Shown in pieces: positions 6,649 to 16,746 of a stretch of 41,003 nt of DNA. A program made the translations under genes and the position numbers. Where the stretch lies: IMG/VR virus record IMGVR_UViG_3300045988_002471, positions 1 to 41,003 of that record. One strand, written 5' to 3'. The notes beneath the pieces are model-generated. The model searched no databases. It was not told the DNA's origin and worked only from the letters and a program-made list of their open reading frames with translations. This DNA is from a virus (Duplodnaviria > Heunggongvirae > Uroviricota > Caudoviricetes). The stretch's first letter is position 1. Each line of letters opens with the position of its first letter.

Positions 6649-9599
6649 TTATCTTCTAGTGCTGCCAGCCTCTTCTCGAACTCGCGCATCTTCTTACGCT
6701 GATAGGCAATCTCTATGAAGAACATCTGGTCCGCCCTAACCCCCCATCTGCCGCCGGGAGGGGATACTTGTACAGTCTGGCCCTCTTCATCAATATCATA
6801 CGCAGCTTCAATTGGGTCGTAGCACAAGAAAGCATATTTACAATCGGTAGAATCTTTCTCCATAAGCCCATGGTTGACCAAGATGTCTCGCACATCTTGG
6901 GCTATCACACCGAAGTGTATCCTTGCAGTGTCACCCTTGATTGCTAGGCTTTCAAGCCACTTAAAAGATATTACATGTATATCTTCCCATGCGGTAAGGA
7001 GTTGTCCCTCAATTTCCTCTTTATTCGTCTTAAGTGTACCATCAGACGTGTTTATCGTACCGGTGGTCGCGTACACCGTAGTCCACCTGTTACCTGCCGA
7101 ACCTAAAGGCACTTGCGAGTCTAAGTAAGGAAGGAAATTGTTGTATGAGTAGAAGCCTCCTGACGCATACATAATAGCCCTGTTAGGCGTTGCATGGTTT
7201 GCCCCGTACAGTTGCAGCAACGCACCATCGGAACTGGATGCGCCATCACCACCGCTAACTATCAGTCTTTGAACCGATGGGGTTTTAGTGGGGACTGTTT
7301 TTGAAATCAGCCCGTAATCACCATCAAACCGTGCGCGCACGGCAGACTGTTGTGTACCATCGTATTCCAGCCCCGTTACATGCAGGGAGTACACGCTTAC
7401 ATCATTGTCAAACGTTAAAGGTGCTTCTACATGGCGTACACCATCTACCCCCATGGCGACAGGTATTGTACGGTTAGGAGTTGCTCCGTATTTGAAATCA
7501 CGTGATACGTACGGGTGGTCTTCAATCTTTATCCGGTAGCTATATAAGTCAGCCGGATGCCCATCATGTTTGTACCATAACTTCGCACTGTTATCCCCTA
7601 TGCTCCAGGGAGAGAAGAAGTCTTCCCCACCAAAGATATAGTACAACCAGCCATCTTTAACACAGACCGAGCCGACGCCGACAGCAGAGTTAACGATATG
7701 ACCCTGGTATATTTGGTCGGTAATATTAAACCACTGAACATCATCTAAAGATGAAGGCCAGGACGACACATTGACTTTGCACATAAAGGTCCGTGGATAC
7801 GAACCTTCATAGCGGCTGTCCGGCTCGCCTCCTTCCCACTCGCCAAAGGCACGCTCTGTACCAAAGATGTAGAGATAGTCACCTACTTTAGCGAACGGAA
7901 GATTGGAGTGATGTACATTGTTCGGAAATCGCAAGTAGCTCCAGTTTTGCCCAGAATCGGTGCTCATCGCCAGTGTAGAGCCAGGGGAAGTAGGTAATGT
8001 GCCGCGTGTGGTAAGGTAGAGCACCCCACCATAACTTTTCACGCACGGCTCAGAAGCGTTATCAGCGTATGCCTGAGCGACAGTGCGACGAACGAATACG
8101 CCTGGATTGTCATACACGTTACTAAAATACAAGACGCCAAGACGACGAGGGGACACATCGCCGTTGTGGTAGCCGACAGCGATAGTGTAGTTAACATCAT
8201 CTATAACCGCAAAACTATGTGTCTCCGTGACACACAAATCAGCGTTAGTGGAGTATGCTACCCCAGGCAATTCGGTAATTTCCCACGGGCTGTCCCAGAA
8301 TCGCGTTGCGAAGTTCCAGGTAACACCCGCATTGTTTATGGTGGAACTCGCCGGGGTTGAGAGCGTAACAGTGAACGTATTTCGGTTAATTATAGACGAA
8401 ACCGTCATATTACCCGATACGCCAGTTGCCGATGTATTAGAGAAGTTAACCGCATCTCCTGCTTTTAGACCATGATTTTCTATAACAATGGTAGCAGTAG
8501 TGGAGCCAGAACTAATAGTTATTCCGCCGGTTGGGTGTCTAAAATACGGCATTGGGCGTGACCAAAGTTCTGCCTTCTTCATCCGCATATTAGATAAGTA
8601 GCGGGTTTCTATAACTGCATATAATCGGTTGCCGCACGTACCCATGCTCATGCAGTGGTAGTTAACTCTGTCCGAGGAAACACTAGCATTATAGTCAGCA
8701 TGGATCGGGGTCAACCACTCAGGCATTGACCAAGTCTGCCCGTCGTCACCAGAGCGAACCCAAGCTACATGTAAGTTTTGAACGCCATGTCGTTCGCCTG
8801 CCATAAACGGAGCGTAAATAACATTGTCGTAGACGAAAGTTTTATCCTGCGTCCATGCGTTGTAGAACGGGGTATCCGTCACCTTAGTTAGTGAGCCGTT
8901 AAAGAAGCCATCAGCTACATAAGTAAGCGGTTGCCCAGCTACGCGCTCGTAAACGAATGCAGCATTCTTAAATTTACTAATGTCAGGTAATTGGGAAACT
9001 TTATAAGTCAAACCCCTGCCGTCTATAATCCAATTGTTGGGGGAAGCTGCTAATACATTAAAAATAGATTGAGTATCATCAGTTACGCCGTCGCCCACGG
9101 CGCCCCATGCGCGCAGGTCGTATTCGTCCTTCCATCGCGCCACATGTAAATCTGGGTACAGAATTGCACCGTTTACATCAGATATTTGATGCCGCAGTAT
9201 GACCGACCCGACGGGCTGCCATGCCCCATCTGCCACGCCACCGGTGGACTGCGGAGAGGATGACGCTGGGATAATTTTTGGCAGAGCACCCAACCAATAG
9301 TACCAGTCCCCGTCACCGCCAGAGGACGACGGCCACAAAACTGCGGTGTTTCGGTCGTTAGCGGATAGTGTACCGCCTGACGTGAAATCAAAATCTGCCA
9401 GTTTAAAACCTGCGTCACGCAACACAGCCGGCAGTGTCTTCTGTGTCTGCCCTGTAACTGCGTTGGTCGCGTAATCGATATCAGAGCCACCAGCAACGCC
9501 GCCGGATTTACCAGTGATAACCTCGGCTTCGAAAATCTGGTGTTTCGTGGCGGTCTGTAAATCCGCCAGGCTTAAAACGTCACCGCATCCGCTTGACAT
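6645..9599 (-). CDS. Tailspike, sialidase-like (Asp-box/BNR) with C-terminal intramolecular chaperone (peptidase S74-like) domain; possible endosialidase
   Basis: 984 aa; Asp-boxes SGDDGQTW and STDSGQNW; GAVGDGVTDDT motif; C-terminal ...HFGVIAQDVRDIL...AALEDK autoproteolytic chaperone signature. Confidence 0.8.
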   Translation of the reverse strand: MSSGCGDVLSLADLQTATKHQIFEAEVITGKSGGVAGGSDIDYATNAVTGQTQKTLPAVLRDAGFKLADFDFTSGGTLSANDRNTAVLWPSSSGGDGDWYYWLGALPKIIPASSSPQSTGGVADGAWQPVGSVILRHQISDVNGAILYPDLHVARWKDEYDLRAWGAVGDGVTDDTQSIFNVLAASPNNWIIDGRGLTYKVSQLPDISKFKNAAFVYERVAGQPLTYVADGFFNGSLTKVTDTPFYNAWTQDKTFVYDNVIYAPFMAGERHGVQNLHVAWVRSGDDGQTWSMPEWLTPIHADYNASVSSDRVNYHCMSMGTCGNRLYAVIETRYLSNMRMKKAELWSRPMPYFRHPTGGITISSGSTTATIVIENHGLKAGDAVNFSNTSATGVSGNMTVSSIINRNTFTVTLSTPASSTINNAGVTWNFATRFWDSPWEITELPGVAYSTNADLCVTETHSFAVIDDVNYTIAVGYHNGDVSPRRLGVLYFSNVYDNPGVFVRRTVAQAYADNASEPCVKSYGGVLYLTTRGTLPTSPGSTLAMSTDSGQNWSYLRFPNNVHHSNLPFAKVGDYLYIFGTERAFGEWEGGEPDSRYEGSYPRTFMCKVNVSSWPSSLDDVQWFNITDQIYQGHIVNSAVGVGSVCVKDGWLYYIFGGEDFFSPWSIGDNSAKLWYKHDGHPADLYSYRIKIEDHPYVSRDFKYGATPNRTIPVAMGVDGVRHVEAPLTFDNDVSVYSLHVTGLEYDGTQQSAVRARFDGDYGLISKTVPTKTPSVQRLIVSGGDGASSSDGALLQLYGANHATPNRAIMYASGGFYSYNNFLPYLDSQVPLGSAGNRWTTVYATTGTINTSDGTLKTNKEEIEGQLLTAWEDIHVISFKWLESLAIKGDTARIHFGVIAQDVRDILVNHGLMEKDSTDCKYAFLCYDPIEAAYDIDEEGQTVQVSPPGGRWGVRADQMFFIEIAYQRKKMREFEKRLAALEDK

Positions 9600-9611
9600 A
9601 TAGAGTCCTCT

Positions 9612-12167
9612 TTAATTAAAACCATCGCTGAATCCGTCGGAGAAACCGCTGCCGTATGGCGCGACGCCGTCGTATTTATAGAAACCTTCATCATAGTTGT
9701 AGCCAGTAATCTTGACCGTGCGGTCGTCGCCCGGGTCGATTGAAGAAACAACTATCTTCTGTGCATTATGCCTTGCTTCGTTGCCGAATGAAAACTCAGT
9801 TTTTAGTGCGCTATTCCCTGTGTAGATTGCTTCCTCCGGCGCCGATAGCATAATCACCTCGCGGTCGTGGCTTCCTTGAATAACGGAGATACTCTGCACT
9901 GAGCCGTCGCGCTTCTTAAGAATGATGGAGTGGTCATCGCCCGCGGTAAACGTAACAGGCTGCGACAGCGTCAGCGTAAGCCCATTAACGGCAACAACAT
10001 AGCCGTCTTGTGGCGCAATACGCGAGCCTTTAACCACGCTGATTACGCCGCCGGGAGTAGCGAGCGCACCTTCTTCAGTAGCTTCGAACTCTACGACAAC
10101 TTTACTTAACGCATTGCGCTGATATCGACGCCACGCAAGCCAGTACGCCTGCTGGTAGTTGCGCACGCCCTTCGATTCGTATTCCTCAGTGTTTGCGCCG
10201 AGTTCTTCCGGGATATAAATAGTTTCCCGTACGTTAGTATCTGGGTCGATGTACGAGAACGAAAGGCTATCGTAGGTAGTCGAATCGTTGAACGTGCGGG
10301 TCCATTTCTCTGTACCGGTAGTTTTGCTGCGGTGGGTGAACACCATTTCAGGCCCCGCAACCGGACGGTCGAATCGCAACATAATATCCGCACCTTTACG
10401 GTACGCAGTACAGAAAACGGCTTCCGCTATGGTCTGAACAATGTCCTGCATCGTGGTGTCGTAGTCGTCGAACGTGTAGCAGAATTGTCCGGCTAATTCG
10501 CTGCCAAAATAGGACTCAATTTCTTCCTGCACAGCGAGTAACTTATCCATATTTGCCGTTGTCAGTTCCAGATTACCCACCGCCGGGTCTCGAGCCAGTC
10601 TGATTAGAGATTGCACGGCCTGAGTATTTGGGGTCATTACAGTATCGAACGTCCCATTGCCGAGGTATTTGTAGCACATCTCGGTCGCAATCATGCGCAG
10701 TTCCGGGTTGTCTATACTCGCCGCCCGCGGGGTCTGTTTACGGGCGCAATGTACGGTAGTTCGGTTGCCGTAGTGCGGTGTGGGGTCCAGAGACTGACCG
10801 TACAGGTTGATGAAGGTTATCTCGTCACTTACCGTGCCGTTGTAGTCTTTATCGAAATTCGTTATACGGCGCATGCGGGCGCGGAAACGCGATGCGGTTG
10901 GCAACTGCCCATAAATGGACGTGCCGACGTAATCCGTGCTATTACCAGTAATCGTAGCCTGTACCGTGTAAATATCGCTCAACGGGTTGCGTTGAGAATC
11001 AATCATCTGGTACTGGAGTTCTACGGTTACGCTGGTGCGGTTATAGCCGCCGTCGTATTTGTAGAGGCCGTTCTGCCCGGCAACGTTAGCAAGTACCCGG
11101 TCAACCTCTCCGCGCACCATGTAATACCAGTCCGTAAGAGATACGTCATAGGTGTTGCTTGGGCCTATAAACGTATCCGAACGCTCTGTAAGTGCGTAAG
11201 TCTCCCCGTTATTAAGGTTACCCCAGTTACCTATATCCCCGACGTACAACCGAACCTCAAAGTCGTCGACGTATAAAACTTCAAACGAGCCGTTTAGGTT
11301 AGTGACGTCCTTAACGTCGAAATTGCTCAACACTGCGACATCACCAACACTAAGAAACTCAGAAAAAGCAGAGTCACCCGACGGGTCATATAGGTAGCCG
11401 GTGGTCGAAATACGTTTGGCGGTTCCACCGGAGCTTGGGTTAGCTCCAATGTCGTTTGGCGCTTTCAGTACAATACCGTCAACGTCGTCGTTAGAGTACG
11501 TCACATAGAGTTTCTGGTCGATGACGTCGCCGATTTGTAGTTGCGGCGATGTGGTGTTGTTCGGTGACGTATACGGCGCGTATACGGCAACAGAGGAACC
11601 TGTGATGTCGCTTATCAGGGTGTCACCTTCCGTGACGCCATCCGCCTCAATATGCAGATGTCCGCGCCCGGCGTCGTAGTACGAATACTCCAGCAAAGCA
11701 CCAGTGGAGTTGAACGCCTTATACGTCTGCATCATGTCGTTAGGGATTGTCTGCACAGTCCCGCAGATGTCATAAGAGCGCTCGTAAGGGCGCGGCTTGT
11801 TTGAGCGGTCGGTAAGGCTGTTATTTGGCGATGTTGTCTGGTTATTAGTCGCCGTGTAGTTGGCGTTTGCAGACATGTTCAGGCCGAGCAACTTAGCGAT
11901 TGGCTTAAGGATAAAACCAAACACCTTACTAACGGCACCAAGCGCCCCGCTACCAGCGCCCTCAATAATGTGGTATACCGCGTCTTCATCTTTAAGCGCG
12001 TCGAAGTCGTCGGTGACATCAGTATCGTCACCAATCTCACCGAGGTAGACGCGCACCGGCACACCGTCCGGGATACGGTTAACGACAAACTCCATCGGCA
12101 TCCCGACGTGTTTTGTACGGTCGAAAGCGCCATCAGCGTTTCGCGTGTAGTGCAGGATTATCGCCAA
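9612..12167 (-). CDS. Large distal tail protein (tail tip / host-specificity J-like)
   Basis: 851 aa, between minor tail genes and tailspike. Confidence 0.5.
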   Translation of the reverse strand: MAIILHYTRNADGAFDRTKHVGMPMEFVVNRIPDGVPVRVYLGEIGDDTDVTDDFDALKDEDAVYHIIEGAGSGALGAVSKVFGFILKPIAKLLGLNMSANANYTATNNQTTSPNNSLTDRSNKPRPYERSYDICGTVQTIPNDMMQTYKAFNSTGALLEYSYYDAGRGHLHIEADGVTEGDTLISDITGSSVAVYAPYTSPNNTTSPQLQIGDVIDQKLYVTYSNDDVDGIVLKAPNDIGANPSSGGTAKRISTTGYLYDPSGDSAFSEFLSVGDVAVLSNFDVKDVTNLNGSFEVLYVDDFEVRLYVGDIGNWGNLNNGETYALTERSDTFIGPSNTYDVSLTDWYYMVRGEVDRVLANVAGQNGLYKYDGGYNRTSVTVELQYQMIDSQRNPLSDIYTVQATITGNSTDYVGTSIYGQLPTASRFRARMRRITNFDKDYNGTVSDEITFINLYGQSLDPTPHYGNRTTVHCARKQTPRAASIDNPELRMIATEMCYKYLGNGTFDTVMTPNTQAVQSLIRLARDPAVGNLELTTANMDKLLAVQEEIESYFGSELAGQFCYTFDDYDTTMQDIVQTIAEAVFCTAYRKGADIMLRFDRPVAGPEMVFTHRSKTTGTEKWTRTFNDSTTYDSLSFSYIDPDTNVRETIYIPEELGANTEEYESKGVRNYQQAYWLAWRRYQRNALSKVVVEFEATEEGALATPGGVISVVKGSRIAPQDGYVVAVNGLTLTLSQPVTFTAGDDHSIILKKRDGSVQSISVIQGSHDREVIMLSAPEEAIYTGNSALKTEFSFGNEARHNAQKIVVSSIDPGDDRTVKITGYNYDEGFYKYDGVAPYGSGFSDGFSDGFN

Positions 12168-12523
12168 AATTCAATCTCCGTGTACGTGTCTCTGAGGTCC
12201 GCCAGCCTGTCAAGCCGTACCTGGCGGGATGCAAGCTCGCAATGGCTGACCATCCCGTCGAAGTAAACTCCCGCATGCCACACGATACGACCCCCGCGGC
12301 GATAACCCATAAGCACCGCGCAGAAGTTTTCAGGCTTATCAATTTTTGTAAGCCCCTTCGTGTTGCGATGTCCTTCGTCGAACGCTTCATTAATTGCCGT
12401 TGGGCTTGTGACGTCGAACGCCGGGGTTTCTAACCCGGCATCCGCGCGGACAATGCGCACGTGATGCCAGCAATTGCGTTTGCGAAAGTCGTAAGGTATG
12501 CCCGTGTAGTCGTTAATATTCAT
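12158..12523 (-). CDS. Minor tail / tail assembly protein (possible Cys-His-His NlpC/P60-like motif)
   Basis: 121 aa; position in tail module; ATGA coupling. Confidence 0.4.
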   Translation of the reverse strand: MNINDYTGIPYDFRKRNCWHHVRIVRADAGLETPAFDVTSPTAINEAFDEGHRNTKGLTKIDKPENFCAVLMGYRRGGRIVWHAGVYFDGMVSHCELASRQVRLDRLADLRDTYTEIEFWR

Positions 12524-13035
12524 GTCGTCAACAGGCCGCGCAATAACGGTATCTCTTTAGGTGTCATCAGTATACCAGTGCTTCGTTGGTTCAGCATAGG
12601 TGTACCAACATCCGCGGAGAACTCACCCTTCTCCTGGTTGATGGCCTGCAACTCGTACACGACGGGGCCGTCAGCCGGGTAAGACAGGTCGGTGCTGACG
12701 TAACGGCGAAATACGAACTTCGGCAACTCAGTATTGCTCATAGGGATTTTATCCATCTCATCATCAAGTTGATCGAGAATATCCGGTAAAGTAAACGTAG
12801 TCGTCTGGTCCATATCGCTATTATTAGCAGCCCCTGACGCTTCCATCGGGGTGGGTTCGAACGTGACTGTTTCACCTGTCTCTAGTGTTGCCGTAAGTTC
12901 CTGTAACCCGCGCACAAGGTAATACGTCTTCGACAGCAACGGGTGGCTTATTTGCAGAGTGATATAGTCCATCTCACCGTCGGGATTTGAGGCCAGCTTA
13001 CGGCGATAGGCGGCTTCTACTGATTCCTGACTCAT
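12520..13035 (-). CDS. Minor tail protein
   Basis: Track ORF; start set to ATG 13035 (ATGA overlap with upstream stop). Confidence 0.45.
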   Translation of the reverse strand: MSQESVEAAYRRKLASNPDGEMDYITLQISHPLLSKTYYLVRGLQELTATLETGETVTFEPTPMEASGAANNSDMDQTTTFTLPDILDQLDDEMDKIPMSNTELPKFVFRRYVSTDLSYPADGPVVYELQAINQEKGEFSADVGTPMLNQRSTGILMTPKEIPLLRGLLTT

Positions 13036-13532
13036 TGCATAGGGTCCCAAATTCGTGGAAACGTTGATTGTGCGGTTCCGTAGGCTTTAAGGAAACACCC
13101 CAGCCCATCACCATAGCAGCCGTACAAATCGGGCAGATTGTTAATCAGGCACTGGTTCTCAAGGTCCTGGAACGGTGATTTCTCGGCGGTTGCCGTGAAG
13201 GTGATTGTCCAGTTAATCCCGTCTTCGGTGGACTCGGCGATAGTGGACGTAATGGTTACCTGATAATCTTCGATGCCCATGCCGAAGTCGTGCGCCATCC
13301 AGAAACTTGACGCACCACCGTCTACTTTTTCGAGGAACGACAGAAACGCCTGCCGTCCCAGTGCCGATGTAATCAGGGTTACGCTAACAGGGAACACGTC
13401 GTAATACGTGTCACGGCCCTGACGCACCCCGCCACCGGCTAAATCTACACTCCAGACGTTGTTACGTCTGGTCATTGAGTAGCCTTTCGATACAATTGGC
13501 TTAAGGCTACGTGGGAAATATAAGTCGCTCAT
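13032..13532 (-). CDS. Minor tail protein (distal tail, downstream of tape measure)
   Basis: 166 aa; start overlaps tape-measure stop. Confidence 0.45.
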   Translation of the reverse strand: MSDLYFPRSLKPIVSKGYSMTRRNNVWSVDLAGGGVRQGRDTYYDVFPVSVTLITSALGRQAFLSFLEKVDGGASSFWMAHDFGMGIEDYQVTITSTIAESTEDGINWTITFTATAEKSPFQDLENQCLINNLPDLYGCYGDGLGCFLKAYGTAQSTFPRIWDPMQ

Positions 13533-15805
13533 TATTTAAACCCCGGCGCATTTCTTGTGGCTTTGCGGGCCTTGCTAATCTTACTGTTGCTGTTCTGCAA
13601 AGATGCAGCAACTTGCTCTTCTATGATGATACGCAGACGGCCTTCATCATCTTGCTCAGTAGATACGTTGCCAATTTGAGAACTCGTGTTGTTTACGATA
13701 GTAACATTAGACGGGCCGGAAGAAGACCCGTTTTGCCCCATAATTTCTTTCATCTGCTGCGCGGTGCGAACACGCGATGCACCCGCGGGCATGATAACTT
13801 CTGGTTTACCGCGTTCAGCGATAGTAGAAGCCTGCCCGGCGGATAACTGCCCACCCTGTTCACGCGCAGACCTGATAGCGGAAACCTGCGCCATACCCGC
13901 CCCAACGGCAGCGGCGGCCGCTACAGGCGCTAAGAACGGGCCGACTACAGGGATAGCCGCCGTTGACTTATACGCCTCAATAGCCGCGGTGTACGTGGCG
14001 ATGGTGGCCTGTACGATAGCGAATGCCTTGTACGCACCAGAAGCCTCCCCCAACGCAGACCCGATGTTTGAGGCCATGTTACCAAAGGCGGTTGCCGTTG
14101 CGTCGGCGCGCTTCGTAGCATACTGCTCGTTGATGGCGTTAAGCGCGGCCTGGTACTGTTTCTCATTAATAAGCCCCTGCTCACGGTACTTATCCGCTAC
14201 CGCCAGTTTCTGCTGTTCCTGGATGTCGAGAAGCTCAAGCTCAGTAGCGTTCTGACCCATAATCTGAGCCATGAAGTCGTCACCTTTCTGCTGCTTTTCC
14301 TGGGCTTCTTTCTGGCGTTTATCCAGTTCATCTTGCCGTTTTTGCCCGGCTTCGAGGACGATAGCTGTTTTAGCCTGTTCGTATTCTTTCAGCGACAGCG
14401 CGCCCTGGCTGTAGAACTCTTTTGCCTTAGCCAGTTTCTGCTGTTCCTGCGCGTCGATAGCCTTTAACTCATCGTTGTTCTGGCGAGCCAAAGTGTCGAG
14501 GTAATCCTGCGCCTGATTCCGCAATTGTTCTGCTTTCTTGGCGGCGGCTTTTGCTGCTTTATCGTCGGTGTTTCCTGCCCCGCCAGTTCCGCCCTTTTTA
14601 TTAACAAGACTGGCTAAGTCAATTTCTTGCTTCTTGCGCTCGTCGTACTGCTTGCGCTGTTCCTCAATTTCTTTCTTACGCTGCTTAGACCTGTTGGTAA
14701 TGGCCTGTGATTCTGCCTCAGCGCGTTTTATGCTAGCGGCGTACGCGGCGTCGGCCTCTGCGGTCAGGTTTTTAAATGTTAGCGCCGCCGTTTTGCTCGG
14801 GTCAAACACGTCGGCAAGGGTCTGCCCTAACGCTACAGCGTAATCGTCGATGCGCTGGAACCACGCAATAACCTCGTGAAATGTCTGCTGGATGTCCGGC
14901 AACCACTCACGGATGGCATCCGGTATAGTCCCCAGCGAGTCAGACATATCAACGGATTTGTCATCGGTATCGAATGCCAGGTCATTCAAGGCGTCGGAAA
15001 TAAACTTGAATGACTCATTGAACAGCGCCACCCAATCCTGGAGCGTGGCGGCTATCTCATTAGACGCGATGGCGTCGGTAAGCGCCGTGATAGCGTCTTC
15101 CGCTGTGGCCGCTTGCTCACCTACGGCGCCGCCAAAACCAGACCGCGCCACCGCAAGAACAAGACCGTCGAAGGAGTCGGCGAGGCTCGATAACTGGCCG
15201 TCTAGCGTCTTAGAGCGCGTCTCCATCGCCCCGGCAAAATCGGTGTTGCCGATATTCAGGAGGTATTTCTGAATCTCTTCGGAGTTCTTCTTAACCGTGG
15301 TCGTTACGCCGCGGAACGTGAACGAAACTGTATCTGCCTGTTGCGACGACTTGATGCCGAACTCTTTTAAGCGCTCAAATTCAAATGTACTGGCGTCGGC
15401 AACTGCCTCAATCATCTGATTAAGGTCTTTACCCATAGCCGCCGCGGTGTTGCCGTAGGAGATTAATGCCTCTTTGCTGGGGTTCAGACCGAGCGCAACG
15501 AGCTTGGTAAACCCCTCTACCGCCTGATTGAGACCGTACGGGGTCTCTTTTGCGAACTGTTGCAGGACGCTGAAAGCCTTAGCCGCGTTCTCGGCGCTCC
15601 CGGTCATCGTGATGAGGCTGGAGTTCAGCTTATCGAAGTTTCGCTGGGAATCCACCAGCGCGCTGAACACCTGCTTAGCGGTTTCCAGACTGACAACGGC
15701 GGCGGCGGCGGCCCCCGCCGCCTTGGTAAGCCCGTTCAGTTGTGATGTGGTTTTATCGACGCCGGTCGATGATACTCGTACTATCAAGCTAGCGGTATCA
15801 GCCAT
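13532..15805 (-). CDS. Tail tape measure protein
   Basis: About 757 aa, Ala/Gln-rich coiled-coil composition; follows chaperone pair; start set to ATG 15805 after RBS GAAGG (track start is TTG). Confidence 0.8.
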   Translation of the reverse strand: MADTASLIVRVSSTGVDKTTSQLNGLTKAAGAAAAAVVSLETAKQVFSALVDSQRNFDKLNSSLITMTGSAENAAKAFSVLQQFAKETPYGLNQAVEGFTKLVALGLNPSKEALISYGNTAAAMGKDLNQMIEAVADASTFEFERLKEFGIKSSQQADTVSFTFRGVTTTVKKNSEEIQKYLLNIGNTDFAGAMETRSKTLDGQLSSLADSFDGLVLAVARSGFGGAVGEQAATAEDAITALTDAIASNEIAATLQDWVALFNESFKFISDALNDLAFDTDDKSVDMSDSLGTIPDAIREWLPDIQQTFHEVIAWFQRIDDYAVALGQTLADVFDPSKTAALTFKNLTAEADAAYAASIKRAEAESQAITNRSKQRKKEIEEQRKQYDERKKQEIDLASLVNKKGGTGGAGNTDDKAAKAAAKKAEQLRNQAQDYLDTLARQNNDELKAIDAQEQQKLAKAKEFYSQGALSLKEYEQAKTAIVLEAGQKRQDELDKRQKEAQEKQQKGDDFMAQIMGQNATELELLDIQEQQKLAVADKYREQGLINEKQYQAALNAINEQYATKRADATATAFGNMASNIGSALGEASGAYKAFAIVQATIATYTAAIEAYKSTAAIPVVGPFLAPVAAAAAVGAGMAQVSAIRSAREQGGQLSAGQASTIAERGKPEVIMPAGASRVRTAQQMKEIMGQNGSSSGPSNVTIVNNTSSQIGNVSTEQDDEGRLRIIIEEQVAASLQNSNSKISKARKATRNAPGFK

Positions 15806-16130
15806 GATTTCTACCTTCAAAGATTGCTTCTAAGCCCATGATAATGTCTATCTCGAACAGGCTAAGCTGTTTTTGCGTAACATCGAGATAGGCTTTCAGG
15901 TCTTGCCACGTAACAGATTCTCTTGCAAACAATACTACAGCGTCCTCGCGCACGTGTCGCGTAAACTTAATGTCGCAATACGTCTCAAAGGTGGATATAA
16001 AAAGGGGCGGGCATTCTGGCCCGCCCCGTCGCGCTGCACGTTTTTTCTTATCGATTACACCCATCGCGATAAGCGCCTGTTCGTGTCCGTCGGCGATAGA
16101 ATCAAACTCTCTGATTTTATGCTTATCCAC
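15798..16130 (-). CDS. Tail assembly chaperone T-like frame, probably expressed as a G-T fusion by -1 frameshift
   Basis: Frame is open from 16181 with no ATG; -1 relative to the upstream gene; GGAAAAG at 16166..16172. Confidence 0.45.
   Translation of the reverse strand: MDKHKIREFDSIADGHEQALIAMGVIDKKKRAARRGGPECPPLFISTFETYCDIKFTRHVREDAVVLFARESVTWQDLKAYLDVTQKQLSLFEIDIIMGLEAIFEGRNHG
16004..16035 (-). terminator. Intragenic terminator-like hairpin (GGGGCGGGC-N6-GCCCGCCCC then TTTTTATAT on minus strand) inside the T-like frame
   Basis: Perfect 9-bp GC stem at 16004..16027 with a U-run on the coding strand. Confidence 0.45.
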
Positions 16131-16162
16131 AAACTCGTAGGTGGCGAACCTGTACAGCGCGT

Positions 16163-16579
16163 CTACTTTTCCTGTAATACTTTACGCTCGGCGTTATGGA
16201 ACGCCGCCACCTGTGTGCCTAATGCCTTGAACTGGTCCAGCAATTTGTTAAATGCTTCTTTAGAGAAAGGCTCATCAAAGCTCCAGCCGTTTACGACTTC
16301 TGCCGCGAGTTGCCGGTTGAGGTCTTCCGCCAGTTCGTTAATAGCCAGGTTATATTCAGTATAGTCGCCGGATTCTTTGGCGGCTTTTTCCAGTTCTTCG
16401 AAACGCGCCAACCCGCGACGGTACGCAATAATGAAAGCACGCCCCGCTTTAACGGCGACATCCGCATCGGGACTTACAACGTTAAGCCATTCACCGGAGT
16501 CTTCGCCGTTTGGCAGGAGAATCGGCATCTTCTTGCCCGCCAGTGCTTTCTCTTCGAAATAAAAATCAGAAAGTTTCAT
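16163..16579 (-). CDS. Tail assembly chaperone (lambda G-like)
   Basis: 138 aa, acidic; directly upstream of T-like frame and tape measure. Confidence 0.55.
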   Translation of the reverse strand: MKLSDFYFEEKALAGKKMPILLPNGEDSGEWLNVVSPDADVAVKAGRAFIIAYRRGLARFEELEKAAKESGDYTEYNLAINELAEDLNRQLAAEVVNGWSFDEPFSKEAFNKLLDQFKALGTQVAAFHNAERKVLQEK

Positions 16580-16687
16580 TCTTTAATCCTTTGGTTAAGA
16601 GGTTACAGGTTAACGATAAATGCGCCAGACGGGAACCACCCGCTTTTCGTGTGCGACACTAGGCGCAAACTTATTCTATCACATTAC

Positions 16688-16716
16688 TTGCACACCCCAA
16701 TATAATAGGGTACTAT
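16688..16716 (+). promoter_or_regulatory. Promoter TTGCAC-N17-TACTAT with operator-like palindrome (16703..16720) driving the plus-strand island
   Basis: -35 at 16688..16693, -10 at 16711..16716; the ~38-bp block recurs at 34662..34700 and 35663..35700. Confidence 0.55.
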
Positions 16717-16746
16717 TCACTTACACCAACAATGAAGGGGTTTAAA

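Noticed and set aside
10611-11276. 221-aa plus-strand ORF inside the large distal tail gene
   Set aside because: It lies wholly antisense to a long, well-supported minus-strand structural gene; no RBS or promoter; likely a chance open frame.
13686-14255. 189-aa plus-strand ORF (Ala/Cys-rich) antisense to the tape measure gene
   Set aside because: Low-complexity composition typical of antisense frames of Ala/Gln-rich coding sequence; no expression signals.
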